Source: Raillietiella orientalis (taxonomy: Eukaryota). From it: a stretch of 64,000 nucleotides of DNA. The notes under the pieces are model-generated. The model searched no databases and had not been told where the DNA came from. It saw nothing but the letters and a program-made list of their open reading frames with translations. Positions 48,820 through 60,400 of this stretch are shown one piece after another. How positions within the stretch are numbered: position 1 is the first letter of the stretch; every line of letters starts with the position of its first letter. The stretch lies in the NCBI GenBank assembly GCA_036172245.1, contig JAYWIR010000004.1:2728001-2792000 (forward strand). The letters run 5' to 3'. The translations under genes and the position numbers were made by a program.

Positions 48820-50810
48820 GGAAGACCGTGCGGATTCTATCTGGGAAAAACGAGCGCTCAAGGGTGGCGCGCGGAGGACGAGAAGGGAGGCGTCCAGAGG
48901 GGAAAAATGTCCAGCGGGTTTGGCCTCCGTCCGAAATCGGGGGGGGGGGGGACCAGGGCATCTACCGGAGTGAGCGTTTTGGCATGCCACCTACGCTTAC
49001 GTGGCGGGGGGCGATCGTGGAAACATCACTCTCCCCCCGCTGGGCGGCACGCAGTTCTCCCTCCCCCCCCTTCTGTTTCTCTCTCTCTCTCTCTCTCTCA
49101 GAGAGAGAGAGAGAGAGAACCATCGCTATGATGACGGCTCCCTGAGGCACAGCAATGTGAAACCATTTCCATCTACGCAGTCTCCCCCCTTGAGCAAACA
49201 GAAAAGGAATCCTGCGAAGAGGAGGAGAGGGGACAGGAGAGGAGAGAGAGAGGGGAGCACGGAATTTCGATGGGAGAGAGACGGGAGAGGATGGAACGCC
49301 GGACTGCTGGACGATCACCTGCAGCAGCGTGAGAGCGTTTTGCGCGCGCCCGATACCCAGCGCGCATCTCGGAGATCTTCTCCTGTAACCCATTGTTTTT
49401 TCCCGAGAATTCCCACGTGCTTTCGGAAGGTGCTGCTGCTCCCATGTTCCTCCTCTTCGTACTGCTTGGAAAGCGCCAAGTGGTCACCATGAGTGGCACA
49501 CCGCCCAAGGTCGAGCGCGTTCCTCAACCGTTGACGCGTTCTCCCCCCCCCCCCTCCCGGTGCCTTCCAGGATCGATTCCTCGAACGTCAGCGTGTGGAC
49601 AGCCGAACTCGCGAAGGGAACGGCGGGGATGCCACTCGGAAAACGCAGAGCCAAACCACCTGGAAGAAGCATCATCGGTCTGGAGGAAGACCCGGATCGG
49701 GGCATCGTCCTGATGCCCTCATTGGCACCTGACCAGAGTGACTCTCTTCATCTCTCGAACATAAAGCAGAGGAGCGCGAAGGAACCCACGAGCGCCGTTT
49801 GCCTCTTTTTGGAGGAGGAGGAGGCAGTTTCCAGCCTCGCTGATCATCATCCGTCCTCTGCCATCAAGAGCCTACGTCAGAGAATCATCGGAAGGGAGAA
49901 CACACGCATTCTTTAGGCTGCCGGTGTTCCAGATGCTGCAATTAGAGCGTCGCTCCTGGGCGCATCCCAAATTGTGCATAATGTGGTTGCAGCTAATGAG
50001 GTGTTTGAAATGCAGCTGCGTACGTCACTCTTCCTGAAATTCCTGGGGAATCTGCTGGAACGCCGCATCGCTTATGTCACAGCCCCAGAGAGAGTGGGGG
50101 GAGGCAAAAAAAAAAAAGAGAGAGAGAGAGGAAAGAACGGGGAGGAGGAAGAAGGGGGAGGCAAACCTCCGACAATCCGGAAGTTCCGGAAATGGCGCTC
50201 GCTTCTTCCCAGGTGCCAGAGATCCTCGCCGTCGCTGGCGCGGCTCCTTCGCAACCGGCTCCTCCTCCACCCGAAGTGAGACAGCACCGTCGCCTGCGCT
50301 GGCCGGGGACTTTCGCGTACGTCCCTTTCCGTGGTTCCCCCCGCAGTTGGGTGACTGCCGGCTGAAGGGACGGCGCGGATGCTTTTGGGAGTGGTTTTCC
50401 TCCCCCGTGGTGCCAGATTTATCCGGAAGAGGGAACATGGCGCTGCACCGATGGAAGCGAGTTTCCAAGGAAGGCAATCTCCTTCCTCGGAAAGTTCCTG
50501 AACCCTCCGGAGAGCCTGCGCAGCGCCGGCGGCGCCGCACGTAGCTGAAAGGAGTTTCCTGCTTTCACCGAGCGGATACTCTCGTTGGGATGCTGAAAGG
50601 GTTCTTCGGCAATCCGTTCCCGGGAATCCACAATGGGTCCAGAGAACGACCGCATCATCCCCCTACCGCTTACCCCTTACACTCTCTCCGCTTCCAATCA
50701 AGGGTGGGAAGAGGGAGATGGGAGAGAGAGCACTCGCATCCTCCAACAGTCCTCCCCTTGCTCCACGTGCAAGAAGGGCAGCGTTCCTTCCGAGCAGCTC
50801 CGGACTAGAC
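48820..50810 (+). mobile_element. Decayed Gypsy pol (RT, RNase H, integrase)
   Basis: 'LLDDHL' (~49305; cf. YLDDIL) and 'VVTMSGTPPKVERV' (cf. VSxxGxxPDPxKVxAI). RNase H 'GIVLMPSLAPDQSDSLHLSNIKQRSAKEPTSAV..ADHHPSSAI' (cf. GAVLMQxxxPVAxxSxxLSxxExRY..EKExLAV..TDHxPLxxI). Integrase 'HRWKRVSKE', 'MLKGFFGNPFPG' and 'SSPC'. Confidence 0.6.
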
Positions 50811-51279
50811 CTCCCGGGTTGATGGTGACTAGATGCTCGGCGCCCCGCGTTCGACTCGCCCGCAGCTGTCTCGCAGCATCCTCGTTTCGGGGGCGACCAC
50901 GGAGTTTTCCCACGGCACCACGCCCGGGACGGAAGCCATCGCGATGCGGACCGTGGTTCGAGGTGCCGCCCTCGCGATTTCTCTGCGGATCTCCCGTTTT
51001 CACCCTCACCTCCAAGGGTTCGAGCTTCCTCTAGCAGACGATGCAGGCCGCCAGGCCCTTCCAGCTTCCTTCCTCCCTTCCGAAGCGAAAGAGTGCCGAT
51101 GCAGCGAAACGCGCTGCCCTCCGTTGCGACTGGCAGCTGGCCAACCAACCACTCAGAAGGGAAGTCCTGGGGAGCGGCCTCGGGAGGCTTGCAAAAGGAC
51201 TGCATGCTTCATCTGAGATTCTGGGAACTGGGAAAGCATCCTCAGAGTTAGGGCTTGCAAAAGACGGGTTAGTCTGCTC

Positions 51280-52960
51280 TCTCCATCTCCTCATGACAAG
51301 GCTACTTCTTCGCGACCTTGGCGACCCAACCATAGGTACCCAGGAAGTGCTTGATGTCCTGCCTCGAATCCAGACCGTTTTTTTTGTTTTTTCCCCCCCT
51401 CTGCGGGACGACCTGGAGACTCGATCCGAAGCACCCATAAGAGGGAAACTGGGGTTTCTCATAGAGGCAGCGAAGATGGTCTCTCGGGCACCTCCTTCCC
51501 TAGGAACGCTTCTTGGCTCAAGCCTCCTCTCACTCATCCGAGGAGCGTCCACGGATCTGCACCATACTGCGCCAAAGCCGGAAGCAGGAGTCGGCTTTGG
51601 GATCCCGTAGCATCACTGGGATTTGCCTTGCCTCTCCCGCTAAGCCGACCTGGGTTGAAAAAGGAAGTGAACTGGGAGCGGTCCTTTGATCGATTGACAC
51701 CTCCTGCAATGCCCCTTGACAACATAGTGAGTCCTCATTTTGTTCTTTGCAATGCCTGCTTCACCTGCCTCCTAGAGACCCTCCCCTGCCTAGAGGCTGC
51801 AGGGAATTTCGCTCAGCGACCATCCGCGGCACGCAGGGCGCGTGCAGAGCTGCCCGTGGAAGGAACGCCGCGCCTCCCCTCACATTCCTCCCCCCCCGCA
51901 CGCGTCGTCGTCCTCGGCGCTTCTCCTGGAGAAGATTCTTCCTCGCATTCTCCCACGCGCGAAGCGTGCGGATGGCGGGCAGGCGCAACGAAAGAACAAT
52001 AGAGGAGGGGGAGGAGAAGGACTCTGTACCGTTTCCGCCATCGGACCATCCATCCTCCTCCCCATCCCCTCCTTCCGCGCTTGCCAGAGCTCTCTGCGCC
52101 ACGGCCGCCGCCCACGCAACGCCCGCTACGCGTGCCGCTCCCCCCTCAAGGGAGGTCGATGCCACCTTCGTCCGCCCCCATAGGTGGCGCGCGGGCCGAT
52201 CCCCGACAGTCGCTCGTCGGACAGGAGCCGCCGGCGTCCAGCTGGGTCGCCCGCGCACGCACCAAGCTTGGAGCCACCGGAACCGCCGTCGAACGGGCCG
52301 GTCGGAGGTGACCGGCGCAGCGACCGAGGATGCGGTGGCCTCTTCCTCTTCCTGCCTACCTCCCGCGCATCCGCCCGGTCGTCCACGCCACCACCTCCAG
52401 GCCAGCGGGCCCAGACGGTCCTGAGCGTGGCCTTCTCTGCGGTCGGTCAGGATCGGTCAGAACGGAAGGGAGAGCGCGTTGCTGCTGCCCTGAGCGGGGC
52501 GTGGGGTCGAGGGCAAGGAAAGTCGGTCCGGGCCGTCTCCATCCGTCCGCAGTCCGCGACCGATCCTCCGAATCCAGGATGCGCTGCTCGCAGATTCCTC
52601 TCTGGGTTCTTCTTGCACCGGTATCCGCGGCGACTTTTTGCCGCTTGTTGCCGAGGAGACGGAGACGGTGATGGCCGACTCGCGGCGCGGTCCAGGGACC
52701 TCCTTTGCGTAAGGCGCGTCGGAGGCAGGGATGGATCCTGCTACCTTTCTCGGGAGCCTTTTGAAGGACGAGGGGGAGGAAGCGGACCTCCTCCTCCTCT
52801 TCCTCCTGACTCCCGAGGCGAGGGGAAGCGATCATGCGGCGGGGCGACACGTGAAGCAGCGCCCGCACATTCCCCTCCCCCCTTTTCCGGCAGCGTTCGC
52901 CTCCGAGGGAACGCCGGAAGGGGCCCTCTGCTCCCGAATCGCCCACCCGAGCCTCTCGCC
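51280..52960 (-). mobile_element. Decayed Gypsy internal region (contains IR-A right arm), tail-to-tail with the 48.8-50.8 kb element
   Basis: Shares the protease DTGA (52614-52625) through IR-A. Its own diverged integrase lies downstream: 'LSRGIAGGVNRSKDRSQFTS' (cf. FxRxGIPxxVxSDNGxQFTS), 'ALAQYGADP' (cf. ALLxYRxTP) and 'TVWIR..SPRS' (cf. VWI..PRSY). Confidence 0.5.
51800..52892 (-). repeat. Inverted repeat A, right arm
   Basis: Reverse complement of 1538-2630. Degraded similarity continues to ~51768, matching ~2662. Confidence 0.97.
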
Positions 52961-53479
52961 CGCGAATGGGCACTGCCTGCGCAAACTACCACCGACTGAT
53001 ACCGCTCACGCTGCCGGACGAGGCGTGGTCCCGGGAAACGAGGGGAGATGATGGGGAGGGGGAGGTAGAGTGGAAAGAACTCAGCCGCCTGGCCCGGGTG
53101 CGTTTCCCTGCGACGGGCCTCTCCCACGTGTTGCAGGGAGAGAAAACTCCGCCTCTGCTGACCGCCGACGGACGGTCGCCGCCCACTTTCCTTCCGACGA
53201 GCGTCTGGCGGGGATGGAGCAAGTCCCGGGAGCCCTATCTACTTCAGCGCCCCCTCGTTCCTCTAGGGGGAGGCGCCAGTCTAGCGCGACTTTGGGCCAC
53301 GGGCGCTTAGGGTCTGTCTCTCGTTTGAAAATAAGGACCGGCTGAGACCGGCCGGGATGCAGCGGAACAGGTCAGAGCTTCCGAGACGAAAGCCCTGCAG
53401 TCGTGGTAGACTCCCGATCTCTCAACATCCCCCAAACATCCGGAGTTGATGACGGCAAAAACTGGCTCGCCCTCACAAG

Positions 53480-54130
53480 GCTGTTGGTGGTCAGCGCCAT
53501 GGCTTTCCTGTGCCGATCGCACGTTCTCTACAGGCCATCTTTGCTTCCACGGGGAAAGCGAGCCATTCATTCGGGATGCTCCTTGTCGGGATCTCGATCG
53601 GCGGCTGGCACCTCTGATGTCTTCCCCATGCGCCATTTCTGTAAGGCCGCGATTCTCAGGTGGTGAGCTCCGGAGCACGAGCGGCTCTCCTCCTCTGCCT
53701 CGTACTTACAAGCTGAACCTCGAATTTCCGGTCCAGACCAGATGTTGCAGGGGAGAAGTTATCGTCTTTGACCTGGACTCTTCGCTCCTGGGATCATCAG
53801 CTCGAGTTTCCGAATTCCCTGCTCCCCCACTCTTGGTATCTCGATCTCCAATGATTTGTTTCCTGGACGCGCTACCGAGGGCGGGTGCTGAGGTGCAGAG
53901 ACGCGTGCATCAGGTATCTCCTGAACCAAATGCTCTTAGACACCTTCTCACCTCCCTTTTCCCGTCCTTTCCTCTTAGAGACACTTCCCATATCCCTCCA
54001 TCCCTCTTCCTTTCCGGGTGCGCGTGCTTCCCTCCTCTCTGGAGGAGCCGAGATCCCTCCCCGCTCCGCACAAGGCTCTCGGGACTCCATCGGACGTCGC
54101 GTGGGGATCCGAACACCTTCCTCTCTGTCC
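53480..54130 (+). mobile_element. Decayed I-clade LINE RT C-terminal region
   Basis: 'WLSCADRTF' (cf. SFLxDRTF), 'VIVFD' (cf. LGVIFD), 'NALRHL' and 'DPSPLRTRLSGLHRTS' (cf. LDPxxxxGxRLxxGAxRTSP). Confidence 0.45.
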
Positions 54131-54499
54131 CGGAGCGTCTGCTCTCTACTCTCCTAGGACGCTACGGGGAGTCCTGCAGGAGATTCCTCTGCCTCCTCCT
54201 CCTCCGGCGTGATTGCGCACCACCTCGACCGCCGCAGCTCTGGCGTCCTGCCTCGTGTGTGCACCACCTGCCTCTCTGCACGGCGCTTAGCGGCAGAGAG
54301 GCAGCTGACCCGGAGAGGTCACTGGCCGCTGCCGTCTCCACGGCAGCCGATGGATCTCTCCTTCCCGTCCATGCAAACAGGAGAACCCTCTTCGCTCAGC
54401 CCCACGGTGTTCCAGGAGGGGTCCGTTGCTCGTCCTCCTGCTGCACGTGACCTCCCTCTTCCGTCAGGCAGAGCTCCCCCCACCTTCGCCTTCCCGGGA

Positions 54500-55880
54500 A
54501 CGCGCATGCACCGGCTGCCGCACTATACGGGACTGGAGTCTCCCCCCTCCCTGTCCCAGATACCAGGAACCGCGGAGGATGCGCCGCTGAGGTGACAAGT
54601 GGAAGAATCCTACATGTCCAGTCCAGTCCGGATGCCCTCGGTGATTACGGACAGTCCACATTCCCCCTGAAATCTTCCCGGTCAAAGGGGCTCCCTCGGT
54701 GGAGCGACCTGCCCGGCGCCTCCCCCTCGAAGAACTCGTGGTCTCTCACTTGCGCACAGACGCTACGGTGCTCCCGTTGCAGTGGAAACGGGACGTGCTG
54801 CCGCTCCTGCGCTGGGGGTTACCGGCGCAATGAGCACGGGCAGCTAGTTCGTCCGGGGGTGGGGGGTGGGGTGTTACTTACCAAAACCGTGCAAGGTGCG
54901 GTGAGATGGGATCATTCCCGCACCTCTCCATTCGCCGCGGAATCCTCGAGAAACTCCAGAGGAGGCTGCCGTCTTCGGCACTCCGTGAACAGAGGAAACA
55001 AGCAACGAACTTGCAGCAGGCGTTGCATCCGCGCTATCGTCACAGTCCACCTGAGCTGAGGCTGCGGGCGCAGCGAAGGGCATCCACACTCATGGACGCC
55101 GCCTTGATGAGGGCCACTGCAAGATGGTCTCGCCTCCAAGAATTCTCCAGAGGAATCACCATCAGTGAGCGCCAGCTCTAAGAAGAAAGGAGTGGTTGAA
55201 AACAGAGACTTACCCTCACTTTTTTGAGGGGGATGGCATGGGAAGGGGGAGAAGGAAATTATTTATTGGCACCTACCTCTCACCTCGGACTTCCTTAAAA
55301 ACCGGCCTGCGTGCCGATGGTCATTCCCTGCGAACTTGTTGCTGCCGTTGCTGTTGTTTTCTAGGAACTCGGTTCCCTGCGACTTGTGTGTTTTTAGATG
55401 AACCTCTCGGCGCCATCGGGTTGACATGCCCCTCTCTTGGTGTCAGAAGCGCCGACTACGGCCTTGGATGTTGCACTGGGGTCTCCCATGCAACGTCCGC
55501 CTACGCCATAGGACCGGAGGTGGCATCAGATGCAGCGATCCCTCCCGCACCTGCTGGTGGATCGTCGTACTGCCCTCCGAACAGAGTGGGGGACGCCTCC
55601 CTCGACTGTTTTCCGGCCCTTCGATCCTTCGAGAGACGTTGCCAGGAGCCTCTCTTCGTGCGGAGCGCACTGCCGTCCGCCGCCGCGGTCACAGCGCCCC
55701 TGCCGCATCCGCGACAGGAGTCGCGAGAGGAGCTGCCCCGAAAGAGGACACCAACGCCAACAGCAGGCAGGTAGGACAGCCGAACTTCACGGATCTACTC
55801 CCTGGAGATTGCCCTATCCCACAAGGACCCGGCTGAGACACCACATCCTGCATTGGGTAATGCAGAGGACTCGACGGGAT
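54500..55880 (+). mobile_element. Possible decayed Gypsy gag and integrase fragments
   Basis: 'LPHYTGLESPPS' (gag start-like), 'HLLVDRRT' (cf. LLTxVDRxT), 'LFVRSALP' and 'NSRQVGQPNFT' (cf. NGxVERxNxT). Confidence 0.3.
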
Positions 55881-58385
55881 GGACGCTGATATCCGCTCCC
55901 ACACACAGGCAACCGTATTAATTTTTTTTTTTTTTTTTTAATCGTCCTTTCCCTTTGCTCCCGTTCTAGAGCTCGCCGATCCCTGGAACAATCGGACTTG
56001 GCAGGAGTCCTACCCGGTCAGCATATTCTTTTTTCTACAGGAAAGGCCTCGGGAGAAAGTCGAGACCAGATCGGGCCGGGAGCGGACCACGTGTGCGAGT
56101 GCATAGAGCCAGCGACCGGTCCTCCCTGTGCAGGCGACTCCGCTCAGCATGCACGCGCGAAGAAGACGCGCGCGCGCTCTTCCTCCGGCTCGCAAGCCTC
56201 GCCAACGCGCGGGCGCCGGGTGTGACGCAGAAGGAATGTGCGTTCGCGGGTTGGGAATGCACGTGTAGCAGGCAGGCAGCCGGTCGGTGCGACCTCCCTG
56301 GAAACGAAACCATCTCTGGTTGCTACGGTCGGTTCTCCTGTTACTAATGGGTTCTTTGGACCCTGCGTCTTGTCGGCGAAGGATCGAGGGTGAAAGGCGC
56401 GATGGGAGAGCTGACGCGAAATGCCTCGCCGAAAGGGGAGGGGAGGGGGGAGCCGCGCGTGAGGAGCGGGAAAGGAGAGGGACCTCGCTGCACTCCCCCC
56501 CGTGGCGTCTCCCAACGCAAGACGTCCGCCCGGCACCCACTTGCACGCCGGGGGACACCTGAGAACCTCCGCCGCGCGCGCGTTCGGACCGACCGACGGC
56601 GACGCCGGAGGACGGTCGGTTTCCCGGCAAATTTATGGCGCACGTCTTTCTGTTTGCCATCCTTGGAGGAGGCGGAGGAGGAAGAGGAGACTATGGATGC
56701 GAGTGCGAGATGCATCCGCGCTCTCGGAACATCCGAAGAACGGTCTCCGTAACTGTACAAATGACGCCCATAGCGTCGCCGTCCTCGGGTGTTGACCGTG
56801 GCAGTTTGTTTACCACGAGCGCGGCGGAGGCGGCAGCAGACTGCAGTTCGTTAGTCCACGCGGGGAGGAGGGGGGGGTCGTAAAAAAAAAAAAAAAAAAA
56901 GCCAAAGACTCGTGCGATTGGTCCCCGGGGCACATGAGGAGATCCGAGCTCCCGCGTGAACCATCCCGAGGTCACCACCGTGCAGCCACGTGCACGGAGC
57001 CGGCATAGCCAATTTGACAGCTCAAGGGACCACGGACCGTTTGCGTACGTACGCGCTTCCCTGAAGCTAGGGAGCCCCTCTTACGTATTCCAGGAACGCG
57101 GCGCAGCGTCGGCAGTGGTGCACGGATAATGGGGGAGGGGACGAAGGGCAGGATTCCAGGAAGAGCAGGTGACCTTGTGGAAGAGGAAGATCAACGAGAG
57201 GAAGAATCAACCGCGACGCAAAGAGACAAACCCTTCGATCCGCCGCTGGGAATCCGGAAGTGCGCGACATTCGTGCGACACTCCCCTGACAGGGATGGGA
57301 TGGTCCATGCGGCGGCAGCCCCTCTCGAGAGAGGATCATGATGCTGGAGACTCGCTACTGTTGCGCATGAGATTATTCCTCCTCCCCCCCCCCCCTCCCC
57401 GGCAGCGACATGCCTTCAGGCTCGGCGAGGGTGCCGAAGAACGACCACACGCGGACGGCGAATGCTCCCGGTCCCTTCCGCTTCCTCGCTCGGGAAACCA
57501 CGCGTCCGCTCGAAGAGGGCGGAAAGCCCCTCCCTCGTCGTCCTGGGAAACTCCAGCACGAACGCGCCGAGGAGCAAGCGGCAGAGGGGAGGGGGGGGGG
57601 AGGGGGGCACGCACCCCGGAAGTCGATGCTGCAGATGCGGCGGTGGTTCCAGCCTTGAGCTGCTGCTGTTGCCTCCTCTGATGGAGGCACCTGGCGAAGA
57701 ACCAGAGCGCGCAATTACCTGCCACAGCTGGACGCTGCAATAGCGGGAGTCGCAGGGCGGACAGGCGGATTCCAGGGAAATGCTGCCGGTCGTGAGAGCA
57801 TTCGGGTCGGGTCTGGGGACATGGTCTCCCTCCAGGATGCAAGCGGGTCCCGAGGTCTCCTCGAGGAGGGATCAGGGAACGCGGCCGCGGAGCTCCCCCA
57901 CCACTGTTTTTTTCGGGCTGCGGGAAGAATTCTTCGCCTGTCCCCTCATCTAGTCCTGGGGCTCCACTGCTTTCCGGATTCCCGCTCGGAGTCACCGCTC
58001 CTGGGAATGGGGAGGGAGAGCAGGGGACAGCTGTCTTCATGCAGAGAGGGTCGAAGGACTACAGCAGCCGCGGGTCGGACCCCCTGCCCTTCTGCCTCCC
58101 ACCCCCGAACCTTCAGGGCGATGGGGAGGAGTGGAGGAGACCACACGCCAGTATCTTTTACTCCTCTTCCCCCCTCTCTCCTCCAGCCGGGACTCTGGAA
58201 ACCCGGCGGGAGCCCTCTGGCGCGGTTCCTCCCCATGGCAAGTCCGTGCTCGCCGGCACGCGCCTCCTGTTGCTCTAAGAGCCGAAGGCATTGCCGCGGA
58301 AACGGCTGGACCTCAGGCGTCCCGGAAGACTCTCCTCGGATGGGAAAGAGGTAGGACATGAAAGAAAGAGGAGCAAGAAGAATCA

Positions 58386-58780
58386 GTGCTCCCCATCCTT
58401 ACCTCCCCCTCCCCCACCAACAACAACTACTGGACAAAAGGGCAGCGCGTCTCGTCATTGCCCATCGGAGTCGCAGCTGCTGTTCCGCGAGCCGGCGGAG
58501 TTCTTCTGCCATCTCGCATGATTAATGGGCTCCCACTTCCCGCCGCAGAGGGCTACGAGAGAGGGACAACCGCCCATCCCCCTCCCCCACACCTCCTTAT
58601 AAACCGCGCCGCAGCTCCCGGATTCGTCTACTTCCCGAAGGCCTGCTCGAACGACTTTTCCGATCTCTTCCTGCAACCTCCTCTTCCTCTGATTGGCCGA
58701 CGGGAAATCTCACATTCCCTCCAGCCTCCCACCGAGTTTCCGCAGTACGCCGAGGACCTCGGAATTGTCCTTGCTCCGGG
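58386..58780 (+). mobile_element. Decayed, internally deleted LINE reverse transcriptase in one open frame
   Basis: ORF 58386..59003 carries, in order, 'NNNY' (cf. NYRP), 'EGYERGTT' (cf. QxGFRxGRST), 'GFVYFPKACS' (cf. FxDFxKAFD) and 'QYAEDL' (58743-58760; cf. QYADDL). Confidence 0.55.
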
Positions 58781-59379
58781 TCTCCTCCGTTGTGCTCACC
58801 TCTTGACTGGAGCACCTCGGAGCGGAGACCCCCACCCCACTCCAATCCCTCCGAGACAGCGCCGTCCGTCCCAAGGTCAGAAGCAAAGGAGAGGAAAGAA
58901 GAGGGGGAGAGCGAGGTGCGCCGTTCCGTCCCCTTCCCCCTCCCCCTGCCCTTCTCAGAGGCTATCCTCGGTCCACGGCCGCCTTCGAGGCAAAGAAGAC
59001 TGACGTCGACCCAATCTCTCCCCACCCCCATCTCCTTGGGAGACTCGTTGCTCAGAAACGGCCTCTACATTCTCCCTTCCTTCCTTCCTAGCCCCCCTCC
59101 TCCTTTTTCCGCCCTTCGGTATCACAGACGCGTCCAAGACCGTTGTCCGGGGAGTCATTCCCAGTGGGTGCGGCCACGTGGCAAACCCCGCCGTCGGTCC
59201 GAGTTTCCTCCTCTCCGGACAAGTCCAGAGAGGGAAAAGGGGGTCGCCTCCCCGGGAGGATGTGGCGGACCTCTCTGGAGGGGCAGATCCGCGGACGGTA
59301 CCCTCGCGAGATGCGAGGGAGGAAGGGAAGGCGTCCCCGCGCTCTCTAAGGGTTTGAGATGACGATTCCCCCCGCCTCC

Positions 59380-60400
59380 AGTCTCTGTCTTTTTCCAGTA
59401 GGTCGGGAGCAGGACGGAAGGGGCGCGAAGGTCGCCGAGGGCAAGAACGCACGGGAAGAACCCTTTGCTGGGGATTTCTGGAGGGTGAGGATCAAGGGGG
59501 AGGATCGCTCCTCCTGCCGGAAGAGGGAAGGAAATCCTCGACAGGAGAAACCTTCCGCCGCCGCTGCAGCCCCCCGCCATCGCTCTGGGAACCGCAACCG
59601 CCGCGAGGCGGGTCAGCTGCTGCCATCTCGAGAGACCACCAGAAGAGTTCCATCCGTCCCACGGATCACCCCCCGGAGAGCGACACTACCCCTCGGGAGC
59701 TCCAGGAGGTGCCTTTTTTGCGTTTTCCTCCCCTTCCCCTTTCCCTACCCCAGCCCGAGGCTGGGGCGGTGTGTCGTCACCTCACTCTCGAAGGCACGCC
59801 AGGGACCTCAGCTCCTGGACGGCTGACGAGAGAGCTCCGGGGGGGACTCTAGGGAGAGGAGAGGAGAAAGAGAATGAGTTGGTGCTGGCTCCAGAGGAAA
59901 GAGGGGCTCTCCCGTCCCCGCCCTGGAGAGCAGCCCTGGACCAGCGGCCCCACCTCCTTCCTTGTCCCCCTTTGAGGTCGTAGAGGCCCACTTTCCTAGG
60001 GCAAAAAAATAGATTAGAGAGCTGCGTGGAGCTGCGTCAGGCCGCTGCCCTTCTCCTCCCTTCATTTCCTGAGATGCGGGCAGGAGGAGAAGAGCAGAGC
60101 CCACTCCCTTGCTCCCCCCCCACACACACAGAGACAGGAAGATCCCCTCGAACTCCTCCGATGCTGCGCCATGCAGGGGTGTCCGATCGCGCGGCACGGA
60201 CCGAACAGGGGGAGAGGGCGCCTGGGAGAGGTCACCGGAAGCAGCAGGGCGGGGAAGGGGAGGCGTGGGAGCGTCGGACGGCTCTCAGAAGACGCAGCGG
60301 CGTCACGGCCCCTTCCAGGTGTGCTCTCCTGGCATCCGTCCCCACCTGGAGACGACGCGGCCGTCGCAGGAGAGCGCCCCGGGCTCGCCCTCGCACCGGC
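59380..60400 (+). mobile_element. Decayed Gypsy pol (RNase H in IR-B left arm, integrase end)
   Basis: 'FPVGREQ' (cf. FxWGxEQ), 'GSLLLPEEGRKSSTGE' (cf. ASRxLxxxExxYSTxE), 'AIALG' and 'RPTDHPP' (cf. TDHxPL). Downstream 'LPGVL / PGIRPHLE' (cf. LPxVLLGIRxxxKED). Confidence 0.45.
59500..59920 (+). repeat. Inverted repeat B, left arm (421 bp), reverse complement of 62876-63296
   Basis: Direct comparison: paired coordinates sum to 122796. Two substitutions seen (C59602/T, A59846/G). Degraded similarity extends about 15-30 bp beyond both ends. Confidence 0.97.

Noticed and set aside
1538..52892. IR-A as terminal inverted repeats of a giant DNA transposon (Polinton/Maverick, Mutator, etc.) carrying ODAD2
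   Set aside because: No polB, ATPase, capsid or intact transposase inside and no target-site duplication seen. The arms are internal Gypsy sequence whose similarity fades into the flanks.
54772..54813. 'CSRCSGNGTCCRSC' as an intact CCHC zinc knuckle
   Set aside because: It lacks the His and its position relative to the other gag-like motifs is inconsistent. Kept only as part of a low-confidence fossil call.
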